From IMG/VR virus record IMGVR_UViG_3300027826_000003, positions 1 to 38,609 of that record: 38,609 bases of DNA; one strand, given 5' to 3'. This DNA is from a virus. Below are positions 35,637-38,609 of the stretch, one piece after another. The notes beneath the pieces were generated by a model that made no database searches, was not told where the DNA came from, and worked only from the letters and a program-made list of their open reading frames with translations. How positions within the stretch are numbered: position 1 is the first letter of the stretch; every line of letters starts with the position of its first letter. A program made the position numbers and the translations under genes.

Positions 35637-38192
35637 TCACTCGCCGTCGTCTTCCCCGCCCATCTCGCCGCCGAGCTGACGCCGGCCGGCGGTGGGTCCC
35701 TCGCTCGGCGCGCCGAAGCCGAGGCCGAACGCGGCGGCCGGCGCCGACGAGAACACCGCCGGCGCCTCCGCGATCCCGAACGGCTGCCCCACGATCGACG
35801 GCCGCTGCAGCGCCGCGCCGCTGAACGGTGCCCGACGGTTCGAGAACGTCAGCGTCGTCACGTACGACGTCGCGCCCGACCGCTCGCGGTACTCGAGGTC
35901 GACCGCGATCACCGGCACGTCGAACGAGTCCCATCCGGTGCTATACGTGCTGCCGGTGATCGAAAGTTTGTGCCCGATCAGGAGCGACGACGCGAGGAGC
36001 CCAAAGTAAGGGATCGAGCCCTCGTACACGACGTCCTTGACCGAGTCCAAAAACTCGGCCGCGAACGTGGTCATATTCGTGGCGTTCGACCCGTCCCGCC
36101 AGTCGTTGCAGGAAATCACCTTGGTGCGTTGAATCCCGAGCGCGCTGTACGACGTGCCGGCGTAGCCGCTCGACGGCTGCACGACACTGAGCGCGCCCGT
36201 GTGGACCGGCACGAACGCCTGAAAGTCATTCACCGGCGCCGGCGTCACGCCATCGACCGAGAAGACGAGCGCCGTCGGCCGGGCCGTGAGCACCGTCCCG
36301 CTCTCCGGGTCGACCGCGACGCCGATGTAGCTCTGCTGATAGGGTGCCATACCGAGCGGCGAATAAAACACCGTCCCCGCCGGCGTGCTCGTGAGCGTCG
36401 CCGCGGTGCCGTCCGAGTTCCGGAACGCGACCGGGTACGGGAAATAGTTCGCAAGCTGCGCCGCGATCGCGGCGTTCGTCACCTTGTACCGTCGGTAGAC
36501 GTAGCTCGCGCCGCCGGCGGTGCCATAGATTTGATACGACGTGTAAGAGGTCGTCGGCGCCGGCGTGTCGAGCGTGAGCGTCGACGTCCCGCCGGCCGAG
36601 AGCGCCGTGTTCGACACGATCCGCGCGGTGAAATACTGCGTGTAGGCGCTGATCGCGTCCTGACGGAGCACGATCACGCCCTGGTGCCCAGTCGGCGAGT
36701 AATCCCAGTAGTCGGAGACCCACTGGGCCTTGGTGTTTTGCGACTGCACCGTGACCTGCGTCGTCGACGGCATCGTCGTGATGGTGCCGAGGTCCGACTG
36801 GCCGACCGCCGGGCCCGTGAGCGTCACGGTCGGCGAGCTGCTGTAGCTCGAGCCGCCGGCCGTGACCGTGATGCCCGTCACGGCCCCGCCGGAGATCGTC
36901 GCCGTCGCCGTCGCGCCGGAGCCTGTCGCGTCCGTGATCTGCACCGTCGGCGCGGCGGTGTAATTGTAGCCGCTGATAATGACGGCGATCGATGCGATCG
37001 AGCCGCTCGAGACCGTGGCCTGCGCCGTCGCCGTGCCCTGGCTCTGGGTCGGCGTGGTGAAGTCGCTGGCCTGCCACTGGGATTTGGCCTGCGCGTTGGT
37101 GAGGCCGTCGTGGGCGAAGTCCTCCGAGAGCCCTCCGTCGGCGTCGCCGGAGCCCGGCCACGGCTTGAGCGAGAGCGTCACGGGCACGACCAGGTCGTGC
37201 CCCCGGATCTCACACCGCGAGTAACAGCTCGACCAGTCGGCCGTCACGCTCGGCCGCCCGACGCGCGGGTCTGATCCGTCCATCGTCAGCGTGATATCGG
37301 CCGACCAGGTCCGCGGGTCGTGAAACCGGATGTTCCCCTGCGGGTCGACCTGGACGAAGTGGTTCGGGTGGCACGATTGCACGACGCCCTCGAGCGACTG
37401 CAAGATCCGCTCGCCCTGGACGTCGATTTCAAACGGCGGAATTATCGTGAGCGCCGCGAGGTCCGTGAGCGTCGCGCTCGGCAGCGTCGAGAGGATCACG
37501 ATCGGGGCCGTCGTGTACCCGGAGCCGCCGGAGCCGAGCGTGATTCCCGTCACGGCGCCGCCGCTGACGGTCGCGGTCGCGGTCGCGCCCGATCCCCCGC
37601 CTCCGGCCAGGAGCACCGTCGGAGCGACCGCATAAGACGAGCCGCCGGCGACGATGGTAAACGAGCTCTGGACGACGCCGCCGGAGATCGTGCACGTCGC
37701 CTCGGCGCCGGTGCCGGCGCTCGAGTAATTGCCGATCCCGACGGCCGAGAGCGCGACCTTGTTCTGGCTCATCTCGAGCACGTCGGCGACGATCTGCCCC
37801 ATCGTCCGGCCGGCGCGACTCGCGATGAAGTCCGGGTCGTCCGATGCGACATTGAAGCGGGCGGTGTCCGTGAGCGTGTTCGAGTCCGTCATCGGGATGT
37901 ACTCGGCCCGCTTCGCGAGGCCGTAGCACGTCCACTCCCGGACCCACCCCAGGTGATCGTCATAGTGCGTCAGGTGCGAGCCCGTGTCGCCGCTGAAGAT
38001 CAGCGTACCGTCCTGCGTGAGCGTCACGGGCTGCGCGTCCCACGGGTCGGGGCCCGACGTCAGCGCGCCGATCGACCGCGCGAACGACAACATCGGGTAG
38101 CCGTCCTTGGCATACGGCCGGCACGTCAGGAGCGTCGTCCGGGTCGCGACGCGGTCGATCGTGGTCGAGTTGATGACGAGGACGGCGCTCAA
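35637..38192 (-). CDS. 851-aa distal tail / baseplate-hub-like protein carrying four copies of the shared repeat module.
   Basis: The TTG start lies in a TTGA overlap with the tape-measure-like stop. The repeat modules are at 37491..37715 and 36813..37025. It is the last gene of the late operon. Confidence 0.75.
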   Translation of the reverse strand: MSAVLVINSTTIDRVATRTTLLTCRPYAKDGYPMLSFARSIGALTSGPDPWDAQPVTLTQDGTLIFSGDTGSHLTHYDDHLGWVREWTCYGLAKRAEYIPMTDSNTLTDTARFNVASDDPDFIASRAGRTMGQIVADVLEMSQNKVALSAVGIGNYSSAGTGAEATCTISGGVVQSSFTIVAGGSSYAVAPTVLLAGGGGSGATATATVSGGAVTGITLGSGGSGYTTAPIVILSTLPSATLTDLAALTIIPPFEIDVQGERILQSLEGVVQSCHPNHFVQVDPQGNIRFHDPRTWSADITLTMDGSDPRVGRPSVTADWSSCYSRCEIRGHDLVVPVTLSLKPWPGSGDADGGLSEDFAHDGLTNAQAKSQWQASDFTTPTQSQGTATAQATVSSGSIASIAVIISGYNYTAAPTVQITDATGSGATATATISGGAVTGITVTAGGSSYSSSPTVTLTGPAVGQSDLGTITTMPSTTQVTVQSQNTKAQWVSDYWDYSPTGHQGVIVLRQDAISAYTQYFTARIVSNTALSAGGTSTLTLDTPAPTTSYTSYQIYGTAGGASYVYRRYKVTNAAIAAQLANYFPYPVAFRNSDGTAATLTSTPAGTVFYSPLGMAPYQQSYIGVAVDPESGTVLTARPTALVFSVDGVTPAPVNDFQAFVPVHTGALSVVQPSSGYAGTSYSALGIQRTKVISCNDWRDGSNATNMTTFAAEFLDSVKDVVYEGSIPYFGLLASSLLIGHKLSITGSTYSTGWDSFDVPVIAVDLEYRERSGATSYVTTLTFSNRRAPFSGAALQRPSIVGQPFGIAEAPAVFSSAPAAAFGLGFGAPSEGPTAGRRQLGGEMGGEDDGE

Positions 38193-38609
38193 TTCGGGCC
38201 CCCATTCAGTAAGGCGGTCGGCCCTTGCTCGTCGGCTCGACGGGCGAGCCGTGCGCCATTTTGCTGAAGGCGCCGGGCGTTGCCCTCGACCTTCGCGAGC
38301 CGCGCCATCACGCGCGCGAGCGCCTCTTGCGTCGCCGCCATCGCCTGCTGGGTCGCCTCGACGCCGGTCACGCCCTGCGCCTGCGCCGTGGCGATTTCAT
38401 CCTGGAAACCGCGCCGGCCCTGCGAGGCGATCCGGGTCGCCAGGAGGTTCGTCTGCTCTTCGCTCATGCCGGCGTTCGCCCGCACGACGCGGCCGCGCCG
38501 GTCGCGGCCGACGGGGCGATTCAAAAACTGCAACGCCTGCTGAGTCGTGAAGTCAAACGCCTGGTCGGCCGTCGCGCCCTGGGCACGGGCCTGCGAGTAG
38601 ATCGCTGCG
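38189..38609 (-). CDS. C-terminal part of the tape-measure-like protein. It is the same gene as 1..2037, and 38483..38609 duplicates 1..127.
   Basis: The frame stays open from the window end down to TGA at 38189..38191. The sequence ..ADQAFDFTTQQALQFLNRPVGRDRRGRVVRANAGMSEEQTNLL... is identical across the overlap to the reverse translation of 1..127. Confidence 0.75.
   Translation of the reverse strand, partial: AAIYSQARAQGATADQAFDFTTQQALQFLNRPVGRDRRGRVVRANAGMSEEQTNLLATRIASQGRRGFQDEIATAQAQGVTGVEATQQAMAATQEALARVMARLAKVEGNARRLQQNGARLARRADEQGPTALLNGGPN
38483..38609. repeat. Terminal direct repeat, copy B (identical to 1..127).
   Basis: See copy A. Confidence 0.95.

Overview
The window is one complete, circularly closed, high-GC (roughly 68-70% by eye) temperate tailed-phage genome. 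Bases 1-127 are identical to 38483-38609, so the unique length is 38,482 bp. I count about 55 protein genes, most of them translationally coupled through ATGA, GTGA or TGATG overlaps.

Late/structural super-operon (minus strand). It runs from about 24.64 kb down through position 1 and, across the junction, on to 35.64 kb. Gene order:
- sigma-70-family factor
- matrixin-type metzincin
- two holin-like membrane proteins
- terS and terL
- two small proteins, one with an SprT-like HExxH motif
- portal
- a set of beta-rich, LamG, repeat-fibre and Ig-like proteins
- scaffold
- major capsid
- a 1693-aa multidomain fibre with a glycanase-like domain
- neck and tail tube
- two assembly proteins
- a 776-aa tape-measure-like protein, which crosses the junction and is therefore absent from the ORF track
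- an 851-aa distal tail protein

Two small plus-strand units (3777..4055 and 17594..17824) are embedded against the flow of this operon.

Early/lysogeny region (24.7-35.6 kb):
- a short membrane-protein operon ending in a strong terminator
- a roughly 420-bp structured non-coding block
- a leftward early operon that ends in an XRE-type regulator
- a divergent switch region with three near-consensus promoters that share the -10 hexamer TATGAT
- an RHH regulator
- a winged-helix Rep-like gene
- attP carrying the 3' part of tRNA-Arg(ACG)
- a tyrosine integrase
- a rightward operon of small DNA-binding and zinc-ribbon proteins plus a 632-aa ORFan

Leads most worth follow-up:
- a matrixin plus holin-like cassette where an endolysin would be expected, with no canonical lysin motif seen anywhere
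- a phage sigma factor at the head of the late operon
- one ~35-aa repeat module shared by the major capsid protein and two tail proteins
- a candidate ~58-nt cis-antisense sRNA over the ribosome-binding site of the first leftward early gene
- attP built on the tRNA-Arg anticodon arm, with a duplicated arm-like hairpin

Limits: every functional call is by-eye motif and architecture recognition with no database search. Most long plus-strand ORFs in 0-24 kb, and the Arg/Pro-rich ORFs elsewhere, are antisense or off-frame shadows typical of high-GC DNA.
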